A stretch of DNA of 64,000 nucleotides, taken from IMG/VR virus record IMGVR_UViG_3300025413_000002, positions 3,044 through 67,043 of that record; one strand, written 5' to 3'. Each line of letters opens with the position of its first letter. Position 1 is the stretch's first letter. Origin of the DNA: a virus. This document shows positions 1 to 9,598 of the stretch, one piece after another. The notes below the pieces were generated by a model. That model worked only from the letters and a program-made list of their open reading frames with translations. It was not told where the DNA came from and made no database searches. The translations under genes and the position numbers were made by a program.

Positions 1-2346
1 GATGAAGGTGTTCTTCAAACTATTGCTAGTGACTTGATTGGATTAATTGATGCGGACGTTGCGGCTAGAAAAGACTGGGCGGATACGTATGTCGAAGGTC
101 TTAAGTTATTGGGACTTAAATACGAAGAGACGACTGAACCCTGGGCAGGGGCATGTGGCGTTTACCACCCAATGCTTGCTGAAGCTGTCGTTAAATTTCA
201 ATCAGAAGCTATTATGGAAACCTTCCCAGCGATGGGTCCGGTCAAGACAAAGATTGTTGGTAAAGAAACTCAGGATAAAAAAGAAGCAGCGGTTCGTGTC
301 TCGGAGGACATGAATTACAAACTTACGGAGCAGATGAGTGAATATCGTCCCGAGCAAGAGAAGTTGTTATGGAACCTCCCGTTAGCTGGTTCAGCATTTA
401 AGAAAGTCTACTATGACCCAAGCCTTGGCCGACAAGTTGCAATCTTTATTCCGGCTGAAGATTTAATCGTCCCTTATGGCGCTTCTAACTTAGAGAACGC
501 TGAGCGCATTACACACCAGATGCGTAAGACCAAGAATGACGTTAGAAAGTTACAAGCAGCAGGATTCTGGCGTGATATTGATTTGGGTGAACCAACCAAT
601 GTAATGGATGATATCGAAAAACGTAAGGCGGAGGAGCAAGGCTTCTCTGCAACTACGGACAACCGATTCAGAATTTTTGAAATTTGTGTGGACTATGACT
701 TACCTGGGTACGAAGATGAGGCAGGAATTGCACTACCTTACATCATTACCATCGAAAAGAGCACCGCAAAGGTGCTAGCCATCCGCCGTAACTGGTATGA
801 GGATGATATCTTGAAACTGAAGAGAAACCACTTTGTACATTATCAATATGTACCTGGGTTTGGTTTCTACGGTTATGGATTGATTCACCTTATCGGAGGC
901 TATGCTCGCAGTGCTACTACTATTGTTCGCCAACTCGTCGACGCTGGTACTTTATCTAATCTTCCCGGTGGGTTAAAAGCCCGCGGCTTACGGGTTAAGG
1001 GGGATGACACTCCTATTAGCCCAGGAGAGTTTAGAGATGTTGATGTACCAAGCGGTACTATTAAAGACAACATTATGTTGTTGCCATACAAAGAGCCTAG
1101 CCAGACTCTTATGTCTTTGTTCAACCAAATTGTTCAAGAAGGCCGTGCTTTCGTATCTGCTGGGGACCTCCAAGTGTCCGACATGGGTGGTAATGCGCCT
1201 GTTGGAACTACTCTGGCTATTCTCGAGCGCACTCTTAAGGTAATGTCCGCAATTCAAGCTCGTTTGCATTATTCGATGAAGCAAGAATTTAAACTACTTA
1301 AGACAATTATTGCCGACTACACACCAGAGGATTATGACTATGAACCTGAAGAAGGCAGTCGCGCAGCTAAGAAATCGGATTACGATGATGTTGAGGTTTT
1401 ACCGGTTAGCGACCCTAATGCGTCTACGATGGCGCAGAAAATCGTACAGTATCAAGCTGTGCTCCAATTGGCTGCACAAGCACCACAACTCTACAACCTC
1501 CCGCTCTTACACCGCCAAATGATTGAAGTGTTGGGCGTTAAGAATGCTCAAAAACTTGTACCGATTGCAGATGACCAGAAGCCACAAGACCCAGTAACTG
1601 AGAATCAAAATGCGTTGATGTTAAAACCTATAAAGGCTTTCGCAACACAAGACCACCAGGCACACATTGCGGTTCACATGGCTGCTATGCAAGACCCACA
1701 TATCAATCAGTTGTTACAAGGTAACCCACAAGCCCAACAAATTGCACAAGCTATGTATGCGCATATTAATGAACATATTGGCTTTGAGTATCGGGTTCAA
1801 ATCGGTCAACAAATGGGTATGCCAATGCCTCCACAAAGTATGGATGAGGCTGGTGAGGAAGAAGATACCAATATGACTCCAGAGATGGAAGCTCAGTTGG
1901 CTCCGCTAATGGCTCAAGCAGCACAAAAGCTATTAGCCCAAAACCAGACGCAAGCTAAGCAGGCACAAGCTCAACAACAAGCTCAAGACCCAATTATTCA
2001 GATGCAGATGCAAGAGTTGCAGATTAAGCAGCAAGAGCAACAACGCAAAGCACAGAAAGACCAACAGGACTTCCAGCTTAAGCAACAACAGTTGCAAATT
2101 GAACAGGCTCGTATCCAGACTCAAGCAGCCCTTTCTACACAACAGACTAAAGCCCAAGTGGTTATGAACCAGCAAAAGCTTAAGACCCAACGTGTAAGTA
2201 AGGGAGCTGACATTATGGCTAATGCTATGCATAAAGAGCACGATACACAGCACCAGAAAGAAACACAGGCAGCTAACCAGTTACATCAAATGATGACAGC
2301 TGGACAGCAAGCCACAAACCAACCCAAAAAGGAAACTAAAGAGTGA
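1..2346 (+). CDS. Portal protein, 5'-truncated (frame open from base 1)
   Basis: First gene of the head module, >770 aa, portal-like motifs (HPMLAEAVVKFQ, GSAFKKVYYD, GFYGYGLIH) and a Q-rich coiled-coil C-terminus as in P22-like portals. Confidence 0.85.
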   Translation, partial: DEGVLQTIASDLIGLIDADVAARKDWADTYVEGLKLLGLKYEETTEPWAGACGVYHPMLAEAVVKFQSEAIMETFPAMGPVKTKIVGKETQDKKEAAVRVSEDMNYKLTEQMSEYRPEQEKLLWNLPLAGSAFKKVYYDPSLGRQVAIFIPAEDLIVPYGASNLENAERITHQMRKTKNDVRKLQAAGFWRDIDLGEPTNVMDDIEKRKAEEQGFSATTDNRFRIFEICVDYDLPGYEDEAGIALPYIITIEKSTAKVLAIRRNWYEDDILKLKRNHFVHYQYVPGFGFYGYGLIHLIGGYARSATTIVRQLVDAGTLSNLPGGLKARGLRVKGDDTPISPGEFRDVDVPSGTIKDNIMLLPYKEPSQTLMSLFNQIVQEGRAFVSAGDLQVSDMGGNAPVGTTLAILERTLKVMSAIQARLHYSMKQEFKLLKTIIADYTPEDYDYEPEEGSRAAKKSDYDDVEVLPVSDPNASTMAQKIVQYQAVLQLAAQAPQLYNLPLLHRQMIEVLGVKNAQKLVPIADDQKPQDPVTENQNALMLKPIKAFATQDHQAHIAVHMAAMQDPHINQLLQGNPQAQQIAQAMYAHINEHIGFEYRVQIGQQMGMPMPPQSMDEAGEEEDTNMTPEMEAQLAPLMAQAAQKLLAQNQTQAKQAQAQQQAQDPIIQMQMQELQIKQQEQQRKAQKDQQDFQLKQQQLQIEQARIQTQAALSTQQTKAQVVMNQQKLKTQRVSKGADIMANAMHKEHDTQHQKETQAANQLHQMMTAGQQATNQPKKETKE

Positions 2347-2531
2347 CCGAGTATGACTACCTAGTCGGCGAGCTTGAAAAAGAAATCGAGGCTAGAGCAC
2401 AATCCGTTGCCGCAGGCAATTGCAAAAGTATTGAAGAGTATCGAAACACAACAGGGATTATCCGTGGTCTTGCCCTTGCTGTGGATTTAATCAAAGACCG
2501 CGTGCAAAAACTAGAGGACTCAGATGAGTGA
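2343..2531 (+). CDS. Small head-module protein
   Basis: 62 aa, overlaps both neighbours, helical. Confidence 0.7.
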   Translation: MTEYDYLVGELEKEIEARAQSVAAGNCKSIEEYRNTTGIIRGLALAVDLIKDRVQKLEDSDE

Positions 2532-2928
2532 ACTTATCATCAGTGACGCATTAGGCAATTTGTCTAAGCTACCTGAAAAACAAGAAGCAAAGGCAACACA
2601 ACTTCCTAAACCCCAAAGCTACCATATTCTATGTATGGTTCCAAAGGCAGAAGAAGAGTATTCAGAAAGTGGCATTATCAAGTCAGCATTGACTCAGCAG
2701 CACGAGGAAGTGTTAACCCCTGTTTTATTTGTTATGGCTTTAGGTCCAGATGCTTATGCTGATAAAGAGCGTTTCCCTAGTGGTCCTAGCTGTAAGGTAG
2801 GTGACTTTATTTTGATTCGTCCAAATTCAGGTTCACGAGTGAAAATTCATGGGCAAGAATTTAGAGTGATAAATGATGATTCTGTTGAATGTACAGTCGA
2901 TGACCCGAGAGGGATTAGCCGTGCGTAA
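2524..2928 (+). CDS. groES: Co-chaperonin GroES (Cpn10)
   Basis: SGII mobile-loop motif, V-MALGPDAY, CKVGDFIL, G-EFRVINDD match the GroES pattern. Confidence 0.85.
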   Translation: MSELIISDALGNLSKLPEKQEAKATQLPKPQSYHILCMVPKAEEEYSESGIIKSALTQQHEEVLTPVLFVMALGPDAYADKERFPSGPSCKVGDFILIRPNSGSRVKIHGQEFRVINDDSVECTVDDPRGISRA

Positions 2929-3337
2929 TGAAGCCCAAAAGTTAGCTAAACGAAAGTATGAGCAAAGCGAAAAGGGCAAAGCGGCCAAAAAACGTCATGA
3001 AGCAACTTATGTTGCATCTGGTGGTAGGGCGGAAGCTGAAAAACGTAGAAGTGCTAAACCACTTACCGAAGCAAAAAGAATTGCAAAACTTAAATACCAA
3101 TTAGTTAGACGTGGGTCAGAAAAAACCTTATCCATTTTTGATGAGTTTGTATTAAAAGAAGCTATTTCTCTTGCTAGGTTAAGGGAACAAATGCTTGGAA
3201 CTAAACGGCATGTTGACCATATTATTCCCGTCTCAAAAGGCGGTGCTAGTACATATGACAATATTCAAGTGGTGCCAGCATTATGGAATAGACGAAAGTC
3301 TAACAAACACACCGGGTTGTTTTTTACCCGTGCATAA
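2921..3337 (+). CDS. HNH endonuclease (free-standing, homing type)
   Basis: HVDHIIPVSKGG...NIQVVPALWNRRKSN; probable GTG start at 2921 overlapping the groES end. Confidence 0.85.
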   Translation: MRNEAQKLAKRKYEQSEKGKAAKKRHEATYVASGGRAEAEKRRSAKPLTEAKRIAKLKYQLVRRGSEKTLSIFDEFVLKEAISLARLREQMLGTKRHVDHIIPVSKGGASTYDNIQVVPALWNRRKSNKHTGLFFTRA

Positions 3338-3347
3338 GGAGATTTAA

Positions 3348-4415
3348 ATGGCAACAGAAGAATTCGGCGCAGTGACATTTGGAGAGGGCGGTAAAGTAAT
3401 TCCTTTAGGTGGGGAAAGCGATACCTATGAGTTTCCAGATGAGATTGAAGCTAAAGAAGAAAAACAGACTAAGGGTAAACCCGAAGTAAAGATTGAAGCA
3501 GATGCAAGTGATGTGGGTATTGAAATCGTTGACGATACCCCCGCTGAAGACAAAGGCCGTGAGCCAATGGAGACAGCACCGGAAGAAGTTGATGAGGATG
3601 AACTTAATGAGTACGATAAAAAAGTTCAGCGTAGGATAAAGAAGTTCAGCAAAGGCTACCATGACGAGCGCCGTGCTAAGGAAGAAGCTATTAAGATGCG
3701 TGAAGAAGCGCTTCGAGTAGCCCAATTCATGGCTGAAGAGAACAAAAAACTGCAAGCTCAGTTACATGAGGGCAGCAAAGTTCTTATTCAACAAGGCCAA
3801 ATTAGTGCGGAATCAGAGCTTCAAATGGCTAAAAAAGCCTATAAAGAAGCCTACGATATGGGTGATTCTGATGCGTTAGTAGAAGCACAGATGAAAATTG
3901 CCGAGGCCACTTTAAAGTTAGACAAGGTGCAAAACATGCGCCCTGTAGAAATTAAAGAAGACCAATATAAAGTACCACAGGCACAACCAGAAGCACCTGC
4001 TCAAGATTCAAAACTTACCAAATGGCTAGATGAAAACCCTTGGTATGGTGGCGAAACTCCAGAAGAAGATGAAATGACGGGCCTTGCCATCACAGTACAT
4101 AATCGACTCGCAAGAGAATTTGGTGAAAAATATGTTGGCACCGATGACTATTACGAAAAAATTAATGCTACAATGAAAAAAAGGTTCCCTGACCATTTTC
4201 AGGAGCAAGACGAGACACAAGAAGTAGAAGCAAAAACACCGGTTAAAACCCGTGCAATAAAACCCGCTGCAGCAGTTGTAGCTCCTGCTACCCGCTCAGT
4301 TGCCCCTAAGAAAGTACAATTAACGCCTACTCAGGTACAAATTGCGAAGCGCCTTGGCGTTCCGCTAGAGTTGTATGCTAAGAAGGTTGCCGAACAAATG
4401 AATGGAGATAGATAA
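3348..4415 (+). CDS. Putative capsid scaffolding protein
   Basis: Acidic N-terminus, long coiled coil, C-terminal LTPTQVQIAKRLGVPLELYAK, strong AGGAG SD, located between portal and capsid genes. Confidence 0.7.
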   Translation: MATEEFGAVTFGEGGKVIPLGGESDTYEFPDEIEAKEEKQTKGKPEVKIEADASDVGIEIVDDTPAEDKGREPMETAPEEVDEDELNEYDKKVQRRIKKFSKGYHDERRAKEEAIKMREEALRVAQFMAEENKKLQAQLHEGSKVLIQQGQISAESELQMAKKAYKEAYDMGDSDALVEAQMKIAEATLKLDKVQNMRPVEIKEDQYKVPQAQPEAPAQDSKLTKWLDENPWYGGETPEEDEMTGLAITVHNRLAREFGEKYVGTDDYYEKINATMKKRFPDHFQEQDETQEVEAKTPVKTRAIKPAAAVVAPATRSVAPKKVQLTPTQVQIAKRLGVPLELYAKKVAEQMNGDR

Positions 4416-4861
4416 TGAGTAAGATTACACGCGAACTTGAAACTCGTGAAACCGAGATGAAGCCAGTAGCAACATGGGCACCCCCAGAGTTACTGCCTCA
4501 ACCAAATGAGCGTCCAGGCTGGGTACACCGTTATGTACGGACATCCACACTTGGTACAGTCGACCCAATGAATGTCTCTTCAAAGCGTAGGGAAGGGTTT
4601 GAACCTGTTAAGGCAGAAGACTATCCTGAGCTTATGGCCCACGCGTCCTTAGATGGACAGTTTAAAGGCTCAATTGAAATTGGTGGTTTAGTTTTATGCC
4701 GTGCCCCAGCTGAATTTATGGAACAGCGCGCATCTCACTTTGAGAAGCTAGCTAACCAGCAGATGGAGTCGGTAGATAATACCTATATGCGTGAGAATGA
4801 CCCACGTATGCCGTTGTTTAAAGAACGGTCTACTAAGGTTACTTTCGGTAAAGGTAGTTAA
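4415..4861 (+). CDS. Hypothetical head-module protein
   Basis: 148 aa, TAATG coupling to the upstream gene. Confidence 0.7.
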   Translation: MSKITRELETRETEMKPVATWAPPELLPQPNERPGWVHRYVRTSTLGTVDPMNVSSKRREGFEPVKAEDYPELMAHASLDGQFKGSIEIGGLVLCRAPAEFMEQRASHFEKLANQQMESVDNTYMRENDPRMPLFKERSTKVTFGKGS

Positions 4862-4885
4862 TTTAATTAATCTAGGAGATTTAAT

Positions 4886-5536
4886 ATGGCAACAGTAGCA
4901 GGTCCTTATGGACTAAAGCCAATTAACCTCATCGGTGGTCAGTCGTTTAATGGTGGTGTAATCCGTGAATTTGCGGTTACAACTAATAACACTGCTCCTA
5001 TCGGTAATGGTGACTTGGTTCAAATCACAGCCGGTGTTCCAACCGTTGTGTCTTCTACGCCAGCAGCTGGTACCCAAAAGGGTCTGGTTGGTGTTTGCGT
5101 AGGTGTTCGTTATCAATTGGCTGGTCAACAGCTTGGTTACCCTTTGTATGCTCAGTATTTGCCAGCTAACGCTGTCACTGCTGGTTATACAAACATCTTT
5201 GTTCGTGTTATGGACGACCCAGATGCATTGTTCCAAGTTCAAGCAACTGGTTCAGTTACTGCCGCTAATATCGGTTCTAACGCCCAATTGACTGGCTTCA
5301 CAAATGGTACAGGTAGTACAACTGTTAACACTACTACTGGTAACTCAGTAATTAGCTTGTTGCAAAGCTCTATTTCTAATAACAATGCTACATACGCTGT
5401 ACGTATCGTTGACTTAGTAAACGAGTCTTCAACATTCGGTGGTAACTTCCCTTCGAACCCAGGCGACGCTTATACAGACTGTATCGTTAAGTTGAACTTT
5501 GGTGTTCATTCATACTATTCTGCACAATCTAACTAA
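4886..5536 (+). CDS. Putative capsid cement/decoration protein
   Basis: 216 aa, beta/Gly/Thr-rich, directly upstream of the capsid gene, strong SD. Confidence 0.6.
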   Translation: MATVAGPYGLKPINLIGGQSFNGGVIREFAVTTNNTAPIGNGDLVQITAGVPTVVSSTPAAGTQKGLVGVCVGVRYQLAGQQLGYPLYAQYLPANAVTAGYTNIFVRVMDDPDALFQVQATGSVTAANIGSNAQLTGFTNGTGSTTVNTTTGNSVISLLQSSISNNNATYAVRIVDLVNESSTFGGNFPSNPGDAYTDCIVKLNFGVHSYYSAQSN

Positions 5537-5547
5537 GGAGCTAAAAC

Positions 5548-6465
5548 ATGGCTATTTCACGTTCACAGCTCCTAAAAGAGCTATTACCAGGTCTTAATGC
5601 ATTGTTCGGATTAGAATATGCACGTTACGGCGAAGAGCACAAAGAGCTTTATGAAATTGAAGCCTCTGAGCGTTCATTCGAAGAAGAAACCAAACTTTCT
5701 GGTTTCTCTGCTGCCCCAGTTAAGTCTGAAGGCGCCGCAATTGCTTATGACAATGCGCAAGAAGCATGGACAACACGCTACTCACACGAAACTATTGCTT
5801 TAGGTTTCTCAATCACTGAAGAAGCGATTGAAGATAACTTGTACGACAGCTTGTCTGCTCGCTACACTAAAGCATTGGCTCGTGGTATGGCTTATACCAA
5901 GCAAGTTAAAGCTGCTTCTGTATTGAACAACGGTTTCAACACCGGCGGTTCTTACAACGGCGGTGACGGTGTTTCTTTGTTTAACACTGCACACCCATTG
6001 GTAGCTGGCACAACTAACAGCAACACTTTCTCTACTCAAGCCGACTTGAACGAGACTTCTTTGGAAGCCGCCGTTATTCAAATCGCTGCTTGGACAGACG
6101 AGCGTAGCTTGTTGATTGCTGCTAAGCCTAAGAAGTTGGTTGTTCCTCCTTCATTGATGTTCGTTGCTACTCGTTTATTGGAAACCAAACTCCGTGTTGG
6201 TACTAATAACAACGATATCAGCGCTATCAATAACAACGGTACAATCCCTGGAGGTTACATAGTTAACCACTTCTTGACCGACACAAACGCATGGTTCTTG
6301 TTGACCGACGTTCCAAACGGCTTGAAGCACTTCGTTCGTACACCACTCCAGAATTCTATGGACGGTGACTTCGATACAGGTAACGTACGTTACAAATCAC
6401 GCGAGCGTTACAGCTTCGGCTGGTCTGACCCACTCGGTGCATTTGGCTCCTCTGGCTCGTTCTAA
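5548..6465 (+). CDS. Major capsid protein (Mu gpT-like, HK97 fold)
   Basis: MAISRSQLLKELLPGLNALFGLEY start, PKKLVVPP, AWFLLTD, RERYSFGWSD; highly biased codons; followed by a terminator. Confidence 0.85.
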   Translation: MAISRSQLLKELLPGLNALFGLEYARYGEEHKELYEIEASERSFEEETKLSGFSAAPVKSEGAAIAYDNAQEAWTTRYSHETIALGFSITEEAIEDNLYDSLSARYTKALARGMAYTKQVKAASVLNNGFNTGGSYNGGDGVSLFNTAHPLVAGTTNSNTFSTQADLNETSLEAAVIQIAAWTDERSLLIAAKPKKLVVPPSLMFVATRLLETKLRVGTNNNDISAINNNGTIPGGYIVNHFLTDTNAWFLLTDVPNGLKHFVRTPLQNSMDGDFDTGNVRYKSRERYSFGWSDPLGAFGSSGSF

Positions 6466-6483
6466 TCAGGACTGCCTAATAAG

Positions 6484-6514
6484 AACCCCGCTCAAAAGGC
6501 GGGGTTTTTTCTTT
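6484..6514 (+). terminator. Rho-independent terminator after the capsid gene
   Basis: AACCCCGC-tcaaaag-GCGGGGTT followed by a T tract. Confidence 0.85.
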
Positions 6515-6559
6515 ATAAAATATGTTGCTTTTTTCAAAAAAGATGTATACTCACGGTAA

Positions 6560-6627
6560 CTGGGTGATTTACCGTACTTGACTGCCCCAGCAGACGATGC
6601 AACGATTTGTACGGTTAACTTTTGCAT
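6560..6627 (+). ncRNA. Pseudoknotted RNA downstream of the gpT-like capsid gene (candidate Mu-gpT-DE-type motif)
   Basis: Three crossing helices: CTGGG 6560-64/CCCAG 6586-90, ACCGTAC 6571-77/GTACGGT 6609-15, ATGCAA 6597-602/TTGCAT 6622-27. Confidence 0.55.
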
Positions 6628-6638
6628 AAGGAAATATT

Positions 6639-7316
6639 ATGTCTCGCGCAACATTTGAAGGCCCAATCCTATCGGGCAACAACCGTTTTGGCCCATTACG
6701 TAACGTAGGTTATGACCGTTTAACACAGTATGCTGGTTTAGATTTTTCTAATACCACTGCTAATACAGCTAACTATAGTGGTGCTTCTACCCAGTTTGTT
6801 GTTTCTAACACAATCCCTAACGGAAACGGTGTTGTTTATAGCCCATCCGCTACTGTTTACCCACCTGTAGCAGCGACTCCAACAGCTGACTCAGCAACTG
6901 CTATTTATCGTGGTGTAGTGTTCTATTTACCAATTAATAGCCGTATTACTGCTATTGACTTTGATATTGGTGTTTTCCCTACCCTAGCTTCCGGCACATT
7001 GACTTCTGTTCAATTATTGGTAGGTAATGCTTTTAACGGTGCACAATACGCACAGTCAGCTGCTCTTACTTCTGGTACTGGTCGTCAGACTGTTTCTTAC
7101 AGCGGTACTCAATTGGCTAACTGCCAAGCAACTTCTGCTGATATTACTAACGGCCAACAACCAAGCACATTGTCACAAGTTGTTTGCACTTTAGCTGTAG
7201 TTGGTACAACTATGACTACTTTGGCTACTGGCAAGTTCTATATTACTGTAAGCTATACACAAGCTGACCCACAAATTGGTTCTGCAACTGCTTACCCATA
7301 TGGTAACTTTGACTAA
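6639..7316 (+). CDS. Putative virion structural protein
   Basis: 225 aa, T/S/G-rich beta protein following the capsid gene. Confidence 0.6.
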   Translation: MSRATFEGPILSGNNRFGPLRNVGYDRLTQYAGLDFSNTTANTANYSGASTQFVVSNTIPNGNGVVYSPSATVYPPVAATPTADSATAIYRGVVFYLPINSRITAIDFDIGVFPTLASGTLTSVQLLVGNAFNGAQYAQSAALTSGTGRQTVSYSGTQLANCQATSADITNGQQPSTLSQVVCTLAVVGTTMTTLATGKFYITVSYTQADPQIGSATAYPYGNFD

Positions 7317-7325
7317 TTAATCCCG

Positions 7326-7346
7326 GGGGACTTCGGTCCCCTTTTT
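7326..7346 (+). terminator. Rho-independent terminator
   Basis: GGGGAC-TTCG-GTCCCC-TTTTT, C(UUCG)G tetraloop. Confidence 0.85.
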
Positions 7347-7365
7347 AAAATTTAGGAGATTAATT

Positions 7366-7875
7366 ATGACAATGCAATATGACGTAAAATCGGCCCATTT
7401 TAGTGGTAATGGTTTTGCTGTAAATGGTCGTGTACGCCTTAAAAACTTAATTTACTTAGGTACTGGTACAGCCGGCGGTATTGACGTATTTGATACCAGC
7501 ACAGCCCCAGTTAGTGCTACTTATGGGCGTTCAGGTTCTACAATTACAGTAACTTCAACAGCCCACGGGTTAACAACAGGGCAGTATGTAGGTATTACTT
7601 ATAACCCAGCTAGCGGCGTATCCTCAGTTGCAGGTAACTACCCAATTACTGTTGTAGATGCTAATACTTTTACAATTACTGATATTAACTCTGGCACAAT
7701 TGCTACTGGTACTGTTTGCGTATATTCTGGAACCGGTCGTTGGATGGCTGGATATAATACAGGCACTGCAGTTCAGCCATTCCAAGTTATTTTTTCTGGC
7801 GAAGGCGTGTTAGCGCGAAACGGTCTTTACGTAGTTCAAACTAACATTAACTTCCAGACTATTCAGTATGGCTAA
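7366..7875 (+). CDS. Putative virion protein with an inserted small beta domain
   Basis: ITVTSTAHGLTTG...TVVDANTFTI module; a similar module (DAGHGAQTGD) occurs in the 23817 protein. Confidence 0.6.
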   Translation: MTMQYDVKSAHFSGNGFAVNGRVRLKNLIYLGTGTAGGIDVFDTSTAPVSATYGRSGSTITVTSTAHGLTTGQYVGITYNPASGVSSVAGNYPITVVDANTFTITDINSGTIATGTVCVYSGTGRWMAGYNTGTAVQPFQVIFSGEGVLARNGLYVVQTNINFQTIQYG

Positions 7876-8125
7876 AAAGACTCCATCTCTCGCAGTGGGT
7901 CGTGGTGAGAAACTCCCAGTCTCGAAAGGGGCTGGTCTTACCGCTAAAGGGCGCGCTAAGTATAATGCTGCTACGGGTAGTAATTTAAAAGCCCCACAAC
8001 CTGAAGGCGGGCCACGCAAGAAGTCTTTTTGCGCCCGTATGTCTGGTATGCCGGGTCCGATGAAAGATGAAAACGGCAAGCCTACAAGGAAGGCCGCTAG
8101 TTTAAAACGGTGGAAATGCTCATGA
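7868..8125 (+). CDS. Small basic phage protein (DUF6321-like)
   Basis: GLTAKGRAKYN...RKKSFCARMSG...ASLKRWKC. Confidence 0.65.
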   Translation: MAKKTPSLAVGRGEKLPVSKGAGLTAKGRAKYNAATGSNLKAPQPEGGPRKKSFCARMSGMPGPMKDENGKPTRKAASLKRWKCS

Positions 8126-8367
8126 ACGATATTGACCCAATTTCAACGGCTAGAGAACTGGCTACCCATGCTAACGACATTTCACATTTGCAAGAAGACA
8201 TGGATAAAATGGTTAAGGAAATGCAGGAAATTAAAACTGCAATTCAGTCAATTGAAAAGACCTTGGCTACTGCTCATGGTGGATGGAAAATGTTTTTAGG
8301 TATTGGCGGCGCATTTGCTATGATTGGTGCGGCATTGGGTTGGATTATTGAAAAGGCTTTAAAGTAA
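8110..8367 (+). CDS. Coiled-coil protein with a C-terminal TM helix (XhlA/holin-like)
   Basis: Heptad N-terminus then GGWKMFLGIGGAFAMIGAALGWII. Confidence 0.6.
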   Translation: MEMLMNDIDPISTARELATHANDISHLQEDMDKMVKEMQEIKTAIQSIEKTLATAHGGWKMFLGIGGAFAMIGAALGWIIEKALK

Positions 8368-8870
8368 TGCCAAGTAAATCTCAAGCACAACACAACTTTA
8401 TGGAAATGGTTGCGCATAACCCCAAGATGGCTAAAAAAGTTGGCGTTCCCCAGTCTGTAGGTAAAGACTTTGCTGCCGCAGATAAAGGTAAGAAGTTTGC
8501 AGAAGGTGGCATGCCACAAGATATTAACAAACAAAAGACTCACCATACTTCTGGTGGAGTTCCCAATTTTAGTATTAAGAAATATGCAGGATTAAAAGGA
8601 GGCGGTATGGCCAAAGATATAGAATCAAAAGCAGAAATGCGCAAAGAAATGGCAGAAGACAAAAAGCAAGACGTCGCCATGATTAAGAAAGCTTTTAAAG
8701 AGCATGATGCTCAAGAACACAAAGGTGGTAAGGGTACTAAGATTACCCTTAAAAAAGGCGGTTCTATTAAAGAAGCTGCTATTGGCTCTGCTAAAATGGG
8801 TTCAGTAAAAACCAGTTCCAACCGCGATGGGATTGCTCAGCGTGGCCGTACTAAAGGTAAAGTCTGTTAA
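8367..8870 (+). CDS. Lys-rich small protein
   Basis: MPSKSQAQHNFM start, FAEGG and LKKGG motifs, RDGIAQRG C-terminus. Confidence 0.7.
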   Translation: MPSKSQAQHNFMEMVAHNPKMAKKVGVPQSVGKDFAAADKGKKFAEGGMPQDINKQKTHHTSGGVPNFSIKKYAGLKGGGMAKDIESKAEMRKEMAEDKKQDVAMIKKAFKEHDAQEHKGGKGTKITLKKGGSIKEAAIGSAKMGSVKTSSNRDGIAQRGRTKGKVC

Positions 8871-8886
8871 TTAAGGAGAAGTAAAA

Positions 8887-9105
8887 ATGACTATTAAAGA
8901 ACAAGCAATGGGTCCAGCAGGTATGGATGCAGATGTAGAAAAGTTTCCACAATTTGAAGCACACGATGCTGCAATGAAAAAACATGCTGGCGCACATAAG
9001 CCACAGCATGAAATGATTGCTGAACACAAAGCTGGTCATATGGCTCACCACGAAGCAGTTGCTAAGATGTGCGGCGGCGGTATGGCTAAAGCTAAGAAGA
9101 AGTAA
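8887..9105 (+). CDS. His/Ala-rich small protein
   Basis: 72 aa, AGGAG SD, MCGGG motif. Confidence 0.65.
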   Translation: MTIKEQAMGPAGMDADVEKFPQFEAHDAAMKKHAGAHKPQHEMIAEHKAGHMAHHEAVAKMCGGGMAKAKKK

Positions 9106-9107
9106 TC

Positions 9108-9374
9108 ATGGGCGAATTCTCTAAAGAAGAGCTATCTAAGATTAAGGTTAAGGAAGCCGATTGGAAAGCTAAAGCCGATGCTAAAGCAGCTGTTAAAGAT
9201 GCTGCTCTAGTAAATAAGGTTAGAAGCGCCATGGGTATGAACCAACCAGCTCCAGCTCCAGCTCCAGCACCTGTAGATACTATGGGTAATGTTGCGGGCG
9301 CAGCCACAGGCATGAAAAAGGGTGGTAAAGTCGCTGGCAAATTAGCTACTCGTGGATACGGTATTTCAAAATGA
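9108..9374 (+). CDS. Lys-rich small protein
   Basis: 88 aa, MKKGG and RGYG motifs. Confidence 0.65.
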   Translation: MGEFSKEELSKIKVKEADWKAKADAKAAVKDAALVNKVRSAMGMNQPAPAPAPAPVDTMGNVAGAATGMKKGGKVAGKLATRGYGISK

Positions 9375-9598
9375 AGTCCTCTAGGGGTATGGGCGCAGTG
9401 CGCCCCAGTAAACTTCCAAAGGCTTCTGAGTCTGCTGTATTAGCCAAAGGTGGTAAAATTGGGCTATATGAGAATATTCATAAAAAACAAGCACGTATTG
9501 CAGCTGGCTCTGGTGAAAAGATGCGTAAGCCTGGGTCTAAGGGTGCGCCTACTAAAGCGGACTTTGTTAAATCTGCTAAAACTGCAAGGAAAAAATAA
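9371..9598 (+). CDS. Lys-rich small protein
   Basis: RGMGA, LAKGG, GLYENIHKK...GSGEKMRKPGSKGAPT. Confidence 0.7.
   Translation: MKSSRGMGAVRPSKLPKASESAVLAKGGKIGLYENIHKKQARIAAGSGEKMRKPGSKGAPTKADFVKSAKTARKK

Noticed and set aside
9246-9272. CCAGCT tandem repeat
   Set aside because: Simply encodes a PAPAPAP linker
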